A DNA stretch of 26,331 nt from the IMG/VR virus record IMGVR_UViG_3300042348_000006, positions 1 through 26,331 of that record, one strand, 5' to 3'. Below, in pieces: positions 7,431 through 15,955 of this stretch. The notes beneath the pieces are model-generated. The model saw only the letters and a list, made by a program, of their open reading frames with translations. It searched no databases and was not told the DNA's origin. The stretch is from a virus. Lineage: Duplodnaviria > Caudoviricetes. The position numbers and the translations under genes were made by a program. Within the stretch, counting starts at the first letter, position 1; every line of letters begins with the position of its first letter.

Positions 7431-8472
7431 TTGCCTTCTCTCTGTAGTACTTTAAATTACCTTGTAATCTTTCATCATCTGGGCTTAACTCAACTGCCTT
7501 CTTGCCGTGCTCTACTGCCACTTTCCATTCACCTAATTGCCAAGCTGATATGGCACATAAGTCATCTGCCATATGGCCCCAAGCCCAACCTTCAGATAGG
7601 AAATCTGTTTTCTTTTCAGTGATAGTTAATGCTCTAGTTGCAGTTCTAAAACAATCTTCCCACTTAGTCTGTTGGTAATAATGGTTAGCCAGTGCTAAGA
7701 CTGATTCTCTACATACATACTCATTAATAGATTTCTGTAGATACTCTTCAGCATTATCAGGATCACACTTAGCCATAATGCGTAGTGCATATGAACGCTC
7801 TGCTGGAAATACTGAGAACTCTAAATACTTCTTTAAAGTCTGTAGTCCATCATAAAATCTTTTACGGTAGCAATACTCTCTACCAAGGTAGTAGAGCATC
7901 CGAGAATCGCCTGGAGTTTCCTCAACAGCCATCTCTAATATATCTAGGTATTGTTCTCTAGACTTATCATTATCTGGAAAATGGTGGATCGTTAAATCTA
8001 TCTTAGCTTTAGTCTCAGGAATTTTATAGGCACATACTGCCTCGTGTATTGGAAATCTCCAACGATAACCTCTACGGGCGTGAACCTTAGTTCCATCAAA
8101 AGATACAGATGGTGTTCCATCATCATTCCAACCATAAACAAAGTTATGTATTGGTCTAGTAATATTAAACTTTAAAGCCTCTGGTAAATCTTTCTTCCAG
8201 TCACCTACTAGAACTTCATCCATATCTAGTGTTATGCAGTAATCTATCTCAGGTGGTAGGGCAGCCAATGCTGCGTTTCTAGCATCATCAAAGCGCCAAG
8301 GATCTATCTTGATATGAATAACATTAATACCTAAAGACTTAGCAAGTTCTACTGTCTTATCTGTAGAACCAGTATCTGCTATTAGTAAGTAATCTGCATC
8401 TTTAGCAGAGTCATACCAACGCTGAACGTGCTTCTCTTCATTAAGAGCAATCGTATATACAGCTACTTTCAA
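7414..8472 (-). CDS. family 2 glycosyltransferase with C-terminal TPR-like repeats
   Basis: MKVAVYTIALNEE, DTGSTD, FDDARN, LDMDE (DxD) and IHE motifs, followed by YYLGRE... helical repeats. TTG start overlapping the upstream TGA. Confidence 0.9.
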   Translation of the reverse strand: MKVAVYTIALNEEKHVQRWYDSAKDADYLLIADTGSTDKTVELAKSLGINVIHIKIDPWRFDDARNAALAALPPEIDYCITLDMDEVLVGDWKKDLPEALKFNITRPIHNFVYGWNDDGTPSVSFDGTKVHARRGYRWRFPIHEAVCAYKIPETKAKIDLTIHHFPDNDKSREQYLDILEMAVEETPGDSRMLYYLGREYCYRKRFYDGLQTLKKYLEFSVFPAERSYALRIMAKCDPDNAEEYLQKSINEYVCRESVLALANHYYQQTKWEDCFRTATRALTITEKKTDFLSEGWAWGHMADDLCAISAWQLGEWKVAVEHGKKAVELSPDDERLQGNLKYYREKANEHTK

Positions 8473-9053
8473 AAGTCACTAACCTCTTTTAGTCTAAGAT
8501 CAGAGTATGATGGGAACTGTGTCACTAGATTTGGCTGTGCAATCACAGCCTTGTAATCTCTAGCAAACTCTCGTAAACCTATATCTATATACCACTCGTA
8601 ATCTTTTAGTTTCCCTGCAAAGTATTTAACTCTTGCAGGATGTATACTGTAAGCGTGAGAACCAGTACTCATAACTTGCCTGAACCAGTACTTGTTTCCT
8701 ATATTCTCTACTTTGCCAGTGCTCTTTGGTAGCAGTGCTCCAAGATAAAATATGTCAGTATCACCTGGTAGGTGTTGAATTGCCTCAGCAAACTTCTCAT
8801 TAAAATCATCTGTAAACAAAGCATCATCTTCTAAAACAAGAATACGAGATTCAAAGTTTGCTTCTAGAACCTTTTGATGGCTCATAGTTCCTGCAGTTAC
8901 TGGGCTAATGCCCAACTCTTTACCATCTATAGCTGAGAATCTTTCAAAGGTTATCCCCAGATTATCTAACTGTGTGGATATCTTTTCTAATCTGTCTTTT
9001 CGTCTATCAAGATTTATCAAGATGACTTTACTAAAGTAGTCATTGATTCTCAT
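8469..9053 (-). CDS. family 25 glycosyltransferase
   Basis: INLDRRKDR, FSAIDG, SH, LVLEDDA and HAY motifs. Confidence 0.88.
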   Translation of the reverse strand: MRINDYFSKVILINLDRRKDRLEKISTQLDNLGITFERFSAIDGKELGISPVTAGTMSHQKVLEANFESRILVLEDDALFTDDFNEKFAEAIQHLPGDTDIFYLGALLPKSTGKVENIGNKYWFRQVMSTGSHAYSIHPARVKYFAGKLKDYEWYIDIGLREFARDYKAVIAQPNLVTQFPSYSDLRLKEVSDF

Positions 9054-9057
9054 AGGC

Positions 9058-9270
9058 TTATTCTACAGGTAGGTCTTCCTGTTCAGCTTCAACCGCCACA
9101 GCCTGATAGACAGGTTCTGCAATAGTTTCAATCTCTGTCTGACCTGTCAGTTCATACTCACCCTGACCGCAAACATTGCACTTAGTAACCACCTGAGCAT
9201 CATCATTATTGCGAGTTTCAATATAGTAATGAGAGCAACACTCTGAACTGTATTCGTATCTAATAGCCAT
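9058..9270 (-). CDS. 70-aa zinc-ribbon-like protein with acidic tail
   Basis: YEY..ECCSH ... CNVCG motifs; AGGAG RBS. Confidence 0.7.
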   Translation of the reverse strand: MAIRYEYSSECCSHYYIETRNNDDAQVVTKCNVCGQGEYELTGQTEIETIAEPVYQAVAVEAEQEDLPVE

Positions 9271-9279
9271 TAGAACTCC

Positions 9280-10122
9280 TTAGTAGTAAAGTAAAACAAC
9301 GCCGTTACCGCCTGAACCAGCAGTACCTAGTGTTGAGGCTGCGCCTCCACCACCACCACCTGCTCCACCATTACCGCCATTGTTTGCAGAAGCATTTGAG
9401 CCTGCTGCTGTATATCCAGCACCGCCACCGCCTCCGCCAAAACCTGTTCCTGTTCCTGTTGAACCTGTGCCACCTGCATAGAAATCGCCTGTACCGCCAG
9501 CACCGCCTGTGCCTACACCTGATGTTCCTACTGCACCGCCACCGCCACAGATAAGACCCTGACCACCAGCACTACCTGTACGGTTTCCTGTTGTAATATT
9601 ATTTCCACCACCACCACCTGATGAAACACCAGCCATTCCAGGTGAATTACTTTGGTTACTACCGCCTGCAGCATATCCAATTGCAGCAAGACCAGCAGCA
9701 GGTGCGCCCGTATAAGAAACTGATGAACTTGTGGCAGTTACATTTGTTACACCAGCAGCAGCACCACCTTGAACTGAGTTCTGCCCTCCAGCACCACCAC
9801 CAGCCATAACCATTCCGTAAATAGATGAAGTTCCACCTGCTCCAACAGCAACAACTGCAGTACCAATGCCACCAGTTCCGACAGTTACTGAGTTTGAAAT
9901 ATAAGTCCAGCCAGCAGAATAACCACCTGCTCCACCGCCACCACCACCACCTGTGGTCTGTGTGCTACCAGCACCGCCGCCGCCAATAACAATTGCATAA
10001 ACTCTATTGATACCAGTTGGGATTGTTACAGATGAAGTTCCTGTTGCAGAGATAGTTTGTTGCAACTTTAATCCATAAGGAGAATCAGTAAATTGTGAAT
10101 TGCTATAAATTGATACGCTCAT
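9280..10122 (-). CDS. glycine-rich fibre/adhesin-like protein (paralog 2)
   Basis: Many GGGGG/GGxGG runs, YAIVIGGGGAG, and a GSGGNGVVLLYY C-terminus. Confidence 0.75.
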   Translation of the reverse strand: MSVSIYSNSQFTDSPYGLKLQQTISATGTSSVTIPTGINRVYAIVIGGGGAGSTQTTGGGGGGGAGGYSAGWTYISNSVTVGTGGIGTAVVAVGAGGTSSIYGMVMAGGGAGGQNSVQGGAAAGVTNVTATSSSVSYTGAPAAGLAAIGYAAGGSNQSNSPGMAGVSSGGGGGNNITTGNRTGSAGGQGLICGGGGAVGTSGVGTGGAGGTGDFYAGGTGSTGTGTGFGGGGGGAGYTAAGSNASANNGGNGGAGGGGGGAASTLGTAGSGGNGVVLLYY

Positions 10123-10134
10123 AGTTGCTCCATT

Positions 10135-11040
10135 TTAATAGAAAAGATAAAGTATTCCTGCGCCACCAGCGCCAGAAGTTCCACCAGCGTTGCCACCACC
10201 ACCACCGCCGCCTAATCCACCTGCACCACCATTTGTTCCAGAAGCATTAGAACCATTACCAGCAATTCCACCACCACCACCGCCAGCACCATTTGTTCCA
10301 GTTCCTGTTGAACCAGTGCCACCAGTAGTTATTGCACCAGTTAGGATGTTGATTCCGTTACCACCAGTTCCACCAGTACGAGAACCAGTTGATGTGAAAG
10401 TACCACCACCGCCACCACCCGCTAAACCATTACCACCATTACCGCCAGTCATTGTTGCAGAGCCAGCAACCGAAGCAAGACCGCCCCCACCGCCAGAAAT
10501 TCCATTACCACCATTACCGCCAGTTGCAACAGATATTCCGTAACCACCACCAGCACCCGAACCTGAGCCACCAGTTGTTGTTGTTGAAGTACCAGCAACA
10601 CCGCCTGGTATTCCATAATAATTAGTTGCGCCATTACCAGCAGTACTAGAGTTGCCACCACCACCACTGCCGCCCAATGTTCCTGATGTGTTTACTCCAC
10701 CACCACCACCAGCGATTACATTCCCGTATCTTGTATAACCACCGCTACCGTTTCCAGTTCCACCTGCACCAACTACGCAACTAGAGGTAGCTAAAGTCCA
10801 GCCCCAAGCAACGCCACCAGCACCACCAGCGTTTGCACCACCACCACCAACTGCAATAGCGTAAACAAAAGTTATACCAGCAGGAATTGTTACTGATGTA
10901 TCGCCAGCGTTTTTAGTTTGTTGTAAGCGTAATCCGTAAGGCAAAATAAAATGTGTGTTTGCAAAAGGGGTGTAGTCAGCACCTTGCATACCAGTAGATA
11001 CTTCACTACCTGCTTGACCTCTACGGTTTGGATTAGCCAT
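10135..11040 (-). CDS. glycine-rich fibre/adhesin-like protein (paralog 1)
   Basis: Same architecture: PYGLRLQQT, SVTIPAGI, YAIAVGGGG and a GAGGAGILYLFY end. TAATG coupling to the upstream gene. Confidence 0.75.
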   Translation of the reverse strand: MANPNRRGQAGSEVSTGMQGADYTPFANTHFILPYGLRLQQTKNAGDTSVTIPAGITFVYAIAVGGGGANAGGAGGVAWGWTLATSSCVVGAGGTGNGSGGYTRYGNVIAGGGGGVNTSGTLGGSGGGGNSSTAGNGATNYYGIPGGVAGTSTTTTGGSGSGAGGGYGISVATGGNGGNGISGGGGGLASVAGSATMTGGNGGNGLAGGGGGGTFTSTGSRTGGTGGNGINILTGAITTGGTGSTGTGTNGAGGGGGGIAGNGSNASGTNGGAGGLGGGGGGGNAGGTSGAGGAGILYLFY

Positions 11041-11402
11041 TAGGAAATCCTGTTGATATATCCTGAAATTGTAATTACTGAAGCGGTTGCTGCAAAGGCA
11101 TAAACTGTATTTGCTGCTGCACCTGTTCCTGTTAAAGGTAATCCTGCAACGATTAGAACATCTCCTGATTGTGGAGAAAGAGTAATTGGCTTAGCGTGTT
11201 GTACTGCGCCTGTGCCACCAAACTGAACTGTAAGTAATACTGGAGAGGTTGATGTGTTATTTGCGTATAACCAAACCTCATCAATGATGGTAGCTGAAGT
11301 TCCTGTGGCGTGGATAGTTGTACCAGTAGAAGCTGTTTGAACAACTGTGATCGGCTGACCCTGTGTTGAGCCTGAGAGAATTACCTTGGTATATGTGGCC
11401 AT
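11040..11402 (-). CDS. 120-aa beta-rich virion protein, putative fibre connector
   Basis: Thr-rich all-beta character (IDEVWLYANN). Lies between the collagen and Gly-rich genes. Confidence 0.6.
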   Translation of the reverse strand: MATYTKVILSGSTQGQPITVVQTASTGTTIHATGTSATIIDEVWLYANNTSTSPVLLTVQFGGTGAVQHAKPITLSPQSGDVLIVAGLPLTGTGAAANTVYAFAATASVITISGYINRIS

Positions 11403-11412
11403 TTATCTATCC

Positions 11413-12526
<1,114 letters not shown>

Positions 12527-12530
<4 letters not shown>

Positions 12531-12814
12531 CTTGATATTCCTCTCAGTGCTTCGGCAGCAGGTAATCCAGTAGTTGTTGCTAGTAGATTACAGACACCGT
12601 TAAAATCTAGGAACTCTGCTTTATTTGATAGGCCAGCAATCTCATTAAGAACACCGACAGTATCGGTTAGTGTTAATGTTACTGATCTTTGTGCAGCCCA
12701 CTGACGAGCAGCGAGTGCTTGATCTACTAGATTGCCAACAGTTCTATAAGTGCCACCATTGGCTAGACGATTTAACTCATCGTTAAGAGTTGTACCTGCT
12801 ACACCTAATGTCAC
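12527..12814 (-). CDS. 95-aa hypothetical, probably a virion protein
   Basis: GTG start with GGGAG RBS; overlaps the next gene. Confidence 0.65.
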
Positions 12815-12824
12815 TTAGTTCTCC

Positions 12825-12989
12825 CTACTTCTTTTTCTTTTTAGCTACTGCGGCGTTATCAACTAGATTTGGATAAGGTCTTCCGGCAGCTTTGGCCCTT
12901 GCCTTTGCAGCACTCTTCTGTGCTGGTGTTAATTTCTTTGATGTCTTCTTCGGATTCTTTGTGTCCCAAAATGCTTTCTTCCTTTTCAT
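12825..12989 (-). CDS. 54-aa basic protein (not in ORF track)
   Basis: MKRKKAFWDTKNPKKTSKKLTPAQKSAAKARAKAAGRPYPNLVDNAAVAKKKKK*; ATGA overlap with the upstream stop. Confidence 0.8.
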   Translation of the reverse strand: MKRKKAFWDTKNPKKTSKKLTPAQKSAAKARAKAAGRPYPNLVDNAAVAKKKKK

Positions 12990-13264
12990 CGGCAACTACA
13001 ATCCCAAGCCCGTAAGGACTTGTTTATTCTAGAGTTTGGATCTCTTGCTGTCTTAGCAGAGGTTAACTTTGATTTCATTCCACACATACGACCACAAAAA
13101 GATTTACGTCTAGCAGCAGACTTAGGTGATCTCTTAGCCTCAGCCTTTTTTACTGGTGCTTTTAGATTCATACCTTGTGCTCTGGCAGAGGCACGACCTT
13201 TAGCGTTCAATCCGCCTTTAGGATTCTTACCTTCTTTTCGTTGCCAAGCTGGACTCTTTGCCAT
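12986..13264 (-). CDS. 92-aa basic protein (resembles DUF6321-type phage proteins)
   Basis: KNPKGGLNAKGR ... RRKSFCGRM ... DPNSRINKSLRAWDC; GGAG RBS. The family name is from recall. Confidence 0.8.
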   Translation of the reverse strand: MAKSPAWQRKEGKNPKGGLNAKGRASARAQGMNLKAPVKKAEAKRSPKSAARRKSFCGRMCGMKSKLTSAKTARDPNSRINKSLRAWDCSCR

Positions 13265-13385
13265 AATCTCCGTACTTTCCTAAGATAGATCTAATAGTCC
13301 CGTTCTTATTCAACCGAACTATTAGACCGTCTTTAATTTGAATAGGATTAAAACCATCGTGGCGTTTATATTTGCCAGATGACAT
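13227..13385 (-). CDS. 52-aa small basic protein (not in ORF track)
   Basis: MSSGKYKRHDGFNPIQIKDGLIVRLNKNGTIRSILGKYGDYGKESSLATKRR*. TAATG coupling; the 3' end overlaps the next gene by 38 nt. Confidence 0.65.
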   Translation of the reverse strand: MSSGKYKRHDGFNPIQIKDGLIVRLNKNGTIRSILGKYGDYGKESSLATKRR

Positions 13386-13546
13386 TACTTCTTTTTCTTC
13401 TTAGACATTCCTGCTTCTGATAGAGCGATAGCAACTGCTTGCTTCTTTGACTTAACCTTCTTGGCAGACTTGCCAATATTAAGTTCGCCCTTTTTAAACT
13501 CTCTCATAACCTTGGCGACTTTCTTAGCGCCTTTAGTTTTCTTCAT
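13385..13546 (-). CDS. 53-aa basic protein, DUF6496-like (not in ORF track)
   Basis: MKKTKGAKKVAKVMREFKKGELNIGKSAKKVKSKKQAVAIALSEAGMSKKKKK*. The KVMREFK..G and KQAVAIALSEA motifs match DUF6496 from recall. ATGA coupling. Confidence 0.8.
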   Translation of the reverse strand: MKKTKGAKKVAKVMREFKKGELNIGKSAKKVKSKKQAVAIALSEAGMSKKKKK

Positions 13547-13626
13547 TGCTGAGGTGCTTCTTTACCAGGAGCGCCGGTTTCAATATCATCGTATGTTGCA
13601 TATCCGCAACCGCAAGTGGCGCACAT
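13543..13626 (-). CDS. 27-aa CxxCGCG micropeptide (not in ORF track)
   Basis: MCATCGCGYATYDDIETGAPGKEAPQQ*. It fills the gap exactly, with TAATG at the start and ATGA at the end. Confidence 0.65.
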   Translation of the reverse strand: MCATCGCGYATYDDIETGAPGKEAPQQ

Positions 13627-13739
13627 TACTTCTTCTTGCCCATCTTCTTCATAACCATTTTCTTGTCAGACTTCTTAGCCTTCTTACCCTTAGCACCCTT
13701 TTCAAGAGCCTTGTAAGAGTTCATTTTCATATTTGGCAT
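13626..13739 (-). CDS. 37-aa Lys/Met-rich peptide (not in ORF track)
   Basis: MPNMKMNSYKALEKGAKGKKAKKSDKKMVMKKMGKKK* (15 Lys). It starts 3 nt after the upstream stop, with AAGGGG upstream. Confidence 0.7.
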   Translation of the reverse strand: MPNMKMNSYKALEKGAKGKKAKKSDKKMVMKKMGKKK

Positions 13740-13742
13740 TTT

Positions 13743-14024
13743 TTACCCCTTATATTTTAGGTTGATTCCGTCAAAGGCTTTGCCAGCTTTGTCGGAAAGT
13801 TTGAGTGCTGCATCTATATCTTTGGTTCTAGTAGATCTAGGTTCTACGCCTTGCTTTAGTGCTGAGTAATAGGACTTTAATTCTTTCTCATCCTTATTAA
13901 CTTTGTCTTGATCCCAACCAGTCTTAGTGGGATTGACTCCCATAAACATTGGCATATTGGATTGCATACATTCACCATATGACTCGTGGTCTTGGGTCTT
14001 ACAACTTTGTGTACAGTTACTCAT
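13743..14024 (-). CDS. 93-aa protein with an N-terminal C-x3-C-x4-H-x5-C motif
   Basis: CTQSCKTQDHESYGEC; ATGA overlap with the upstream gene. Confidence 0.75.
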   Translation of the reverse strand: MSNCTQSCKTQDHESYGECMQSNMPMFMGVNPTKTGWDQDKVNKDEKELKSYYSALKQGVEPRSTRTKDIDAALKLSDKAGKAFDGINLKYKG

Positions 14025-14335
14025 ATGTTAGTTAGATAATCTGAGTAGCCAGCATCAATAAGAATCTGTGCCACTTCATCAGATACATCGTACTCGTGTC
14101 CACCAAGATAATAGTAATCAGCATCAGCTAGTGTGTCTTGATCTGGTGACATACTAGTAGTAACTGTTGTACCGTTAATAATAAAAGTTAAACCTCTTGG
14201 AACATCTGTAAGATAAGGTTGTGAACCAGTGAGACTTCCACCTGATAATGGTCTACCTGCTAAACGAGCATAGTCAGATGTTGGATCTACTATCCAGGTT
14301 TGGTTTTCCCAAGGTGTCTGTAAGTGGTAAGTCAT
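14021..14335 (-). CDS. 104-aa acidic protein after the capsid gene (possible head accessory protein)
   Basis: AAAGGA RBS, YYLGGHEYDVSDEVAQILIDAGY segment, and position. Confidence 0.65.
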   Translation of the reverse strand: MTYHLQTPWENQTWIVDPTSDYARLAGRPLSGGSLTGSQPYLTDVPRGLTFIINGTTVTTSMSPDQDTLADADYYYLGGHEYDVSDEVAQILIDAGYSDYLTNI

Positions 14336-14349
14336 AGTTCCTTTCTAGT

Positions 14350-14379
14350 GATGAAGGGCGGTTTGACCCGCCCTCCACC
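14350..14379 (-). terminator. strong hairpin after the capsid gene with no U-tract (attenuator or 3' stabiliser)
   Basis: Minus strand GGTGGAGGGCGG-GTCAAA-CCGCCCTTCATC: a 12-bp stem with two G-U pairs that form only on this strand. Confidence 0.65.
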
Positions 14380-14391
14380 GAATCGCATTTG

Positions 14392-15333
14392 TTAGCCTGC
14401 TGAAGCAGATGTCTCAATACGATATAGCGCTGCTTCTCGGAGTCTTGCGAATCCACCGAAGTAGTACCAACCAATTGTACGGAAACGGCGCAGAGCATCA
14501 ATCTCTGGTCCGATTACGGTATTGATATCTTGACCCATAGCTTCTGCTAGAGCCTCACGACCTGCAACAACCGCCTTGTAGACGTTTACTGCTGGTGAGT
14601 TTGTGTTCGCTGCGAATGGAACACGAGGTGTTTCAACAACGAAAGCACCTTCAATTACACCTACTGAGCCAGGGATAATTGTCTTTGACACATTGTCTGT
14701 GTACTTAACAATATCTTGGAATCCTCCGGTGCCTGATTCGGCACGAAGGTCGGCTGCTTGACGTGGGTGTAGATATGCTGCGTACAACTCACCTAGACGA
14801 GGCAGAGCCTTGTTGGTGCGTAGTTCTGTAACAGCGTTACGAATATCAGCAACAGAGATTGTATCTGCTGAATCAATTGTATTAGTTGTTGTAGCGTTTC
14901 CACCGTAAATTACGTTGGTTCCACCAGTTAGAACTGCGGCTACTACAGCATCAATAGAGTCTGCAGCGTTGTATGCAATGATGTCAGCAAGAGCTGCATC
15001 TACATCGTTGAAAGAAGTTAGGTTTAACTTCTTAGTTGTTGTTACGGCTGAACCGTACTCGTTAAGTGTTACTGTAACCTGTGATGGGTTACCAAGAGCA
15101 ATTGAGGAAACATCGGAAGTTTCTGTCAGTGTAGAAGTAGCTGCTGCTAAGTCAGAATAGATTGAGAATACAACTGATGATCCTGGCATTGCCTGTTGTA
15201 CTGGCTTGACATCTGCCAAGGCTCGCATTACTGGAATGGAGCGAAGCGCCATTCTTACGTATTGATCATACGCAGCTTTTACGAGATTGCTGATATCAGC
15301 AGTACCGGTGAAACTACCTGTAGGTAGAGCCAT
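14392..15333 (-). CDS. major capsid protein (HK97 fold, N4-gp56-like family)
   Basis: 313 aa directly after the scaffold. Capsid-type motifs VTVTLNEYG, YLHP, GVIEGAFVVET and IGWYYFGGF; followed by a hairpin. Confidence 0.9.
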   Translation of the reverse strand: MALPTGSFTGTADISNLVKAAYDQYVRMALRSIPVMRALADVKPVQQAMPGSSVVFSIYSDLAAATSTLTETSDVSSIALGNPSQVTVTLNEYGSAVTTTKKLNLTSFNDVDAALADIIAYNAADSIDAVVAAVLTGGTNVIYGGNATTTNTIDSADTISVADIRNAVTELRTNKALPRLGELYAAYLHPRQAADLRAESGTGGFQDIVKYTDNVSKTIIPGSVGVIEGAFVVETPRVPFAANTNSPAVNVYKAVVAGREALAEAMGQDINTVIGPEIDALRRFRTIGWYYFGGFARLREAALYRIETSASAG

Positions 15334-15360
15334 TTAGGTATTGCCTTTCGTTAGTAGGAT

Positions 15361-15834
15361 TTAAAGCCCCGACTCCCGAATGACTTGATCTAACTCTTCA
15401 CGGGTATTAGCGTTCATAAGTCTTTGATATACATCAGTACTGCGATCTGGTGTCATACCAGCCTCAGTTGCTGCACTCATTTTCTTATACGCTGCCGCTT
15501 GAGCAGGATCTACATTAGGTTGTTGGGGTGTTTCGGTTTGAAGTCCAAACACATCTGCGTTTGTTTCAAGCCATTTTGATACAGACTCCTCAGTTGGGTC
15601 TATATCCTGTGGGATAAATGAAGCGATCTTCTGATTTACCCCACGACTTGCAAGGGTGTCTTTGATTGCTCGTTCTCTTTGCGCTTTATTTAAAGACTCA
15701 AAGTTAGCTTTAAGATCTGCCAACTCTTTATCTTTTTGCTTATTAGCCTTGCGTAGTTGTTTAACGAGATCATTGCTTAACGATTCAGTTGTTGTATCTG
15801 CATCGTCATCATCCTCGTAGTCGTAGTTGGACAT
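15361..15834 (-). CDS. scaffolding protein; start revised to MSNYDYEDDDD (157 aa)
   Basis: Acidic N-terminus, coiled coil (LVKQLRKANKQKDKELADLK), immediately upstream of the capsid gene. GGGAG RBS precedes the ATG at 15834. Confidence 0.8.
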   Translation of the reverse strand: MSNYDYEDDDDADTTTESLSNDLVKQLRKANKQKDKELADLKANFESLNKAQRERAIKDTLASRGVNQKIASFIPQDIDPTEESVSKWLETNADVFGLQTETPQQPNVDPAQAAAYKKMSAATEAGMTPDRSTDVYQRLMNANTREELDQVIRESGL

Positions 15835-15837
15835 AGT

Positions 15838-15950
15838 CCATCTCCCATTCGTTGTAGTTATCGCAGGCCTCATACAGTTCGGGGATCTCTGTATGGCTCC
15901 TACTACTGGTCTTGTTATCTCTCTGTCAGGCCAGTCGTTCTGACAGCAGG
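15838..15950 (-). ncRNA. structured cis-regulatory leader of the scaffold gene: two hairpins, each with a possible loop pseudoknot
   Basis: Stems CTGTCAG/CTGACAG (15923-15929 and 15940-15946), CATACAG/CTGTATG (15871-15877 and 15889-15895), and outer GTAGG/CCTGC. The loops are complementary to downstream CCAGT and to the GGGAGAT RBS. Confidence 0.6.
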
Positions 15951-15955
15951 CTTAG

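Noticed and set aside
9330-10667. Pro-rich and His-rich plus-strand ORFs and a 72-aa alternative-frame ORF
   Set aside because: They are antisense or frame-shifted readings of poly-Gly codons (GGT gives CCA/CAC).
4669-11040. Diversity-generating retroelement or invertible tail-fibre switch
   Set aside because: There is no reverse transcriptase or invertase in the window, and I saw no non-coding template repeat with adenine-specific differences. The repeats are in-frame coding duplications.
13020-13760. Plus-strand 87-aa and 99-aa ORFs
   Set aside because: They are antisense to a tightly coupled chain of minus-strand micro-genes, and their Phe/Leu richness mirrors the Lys codons.
15835-15873. 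13-aa N-terminal extension of the scaffold in the ORF track
   Set aside because: That ATG lies inside a stem with no RBS, whereas the ATG at 15834 has GGGAG at normal spacing.
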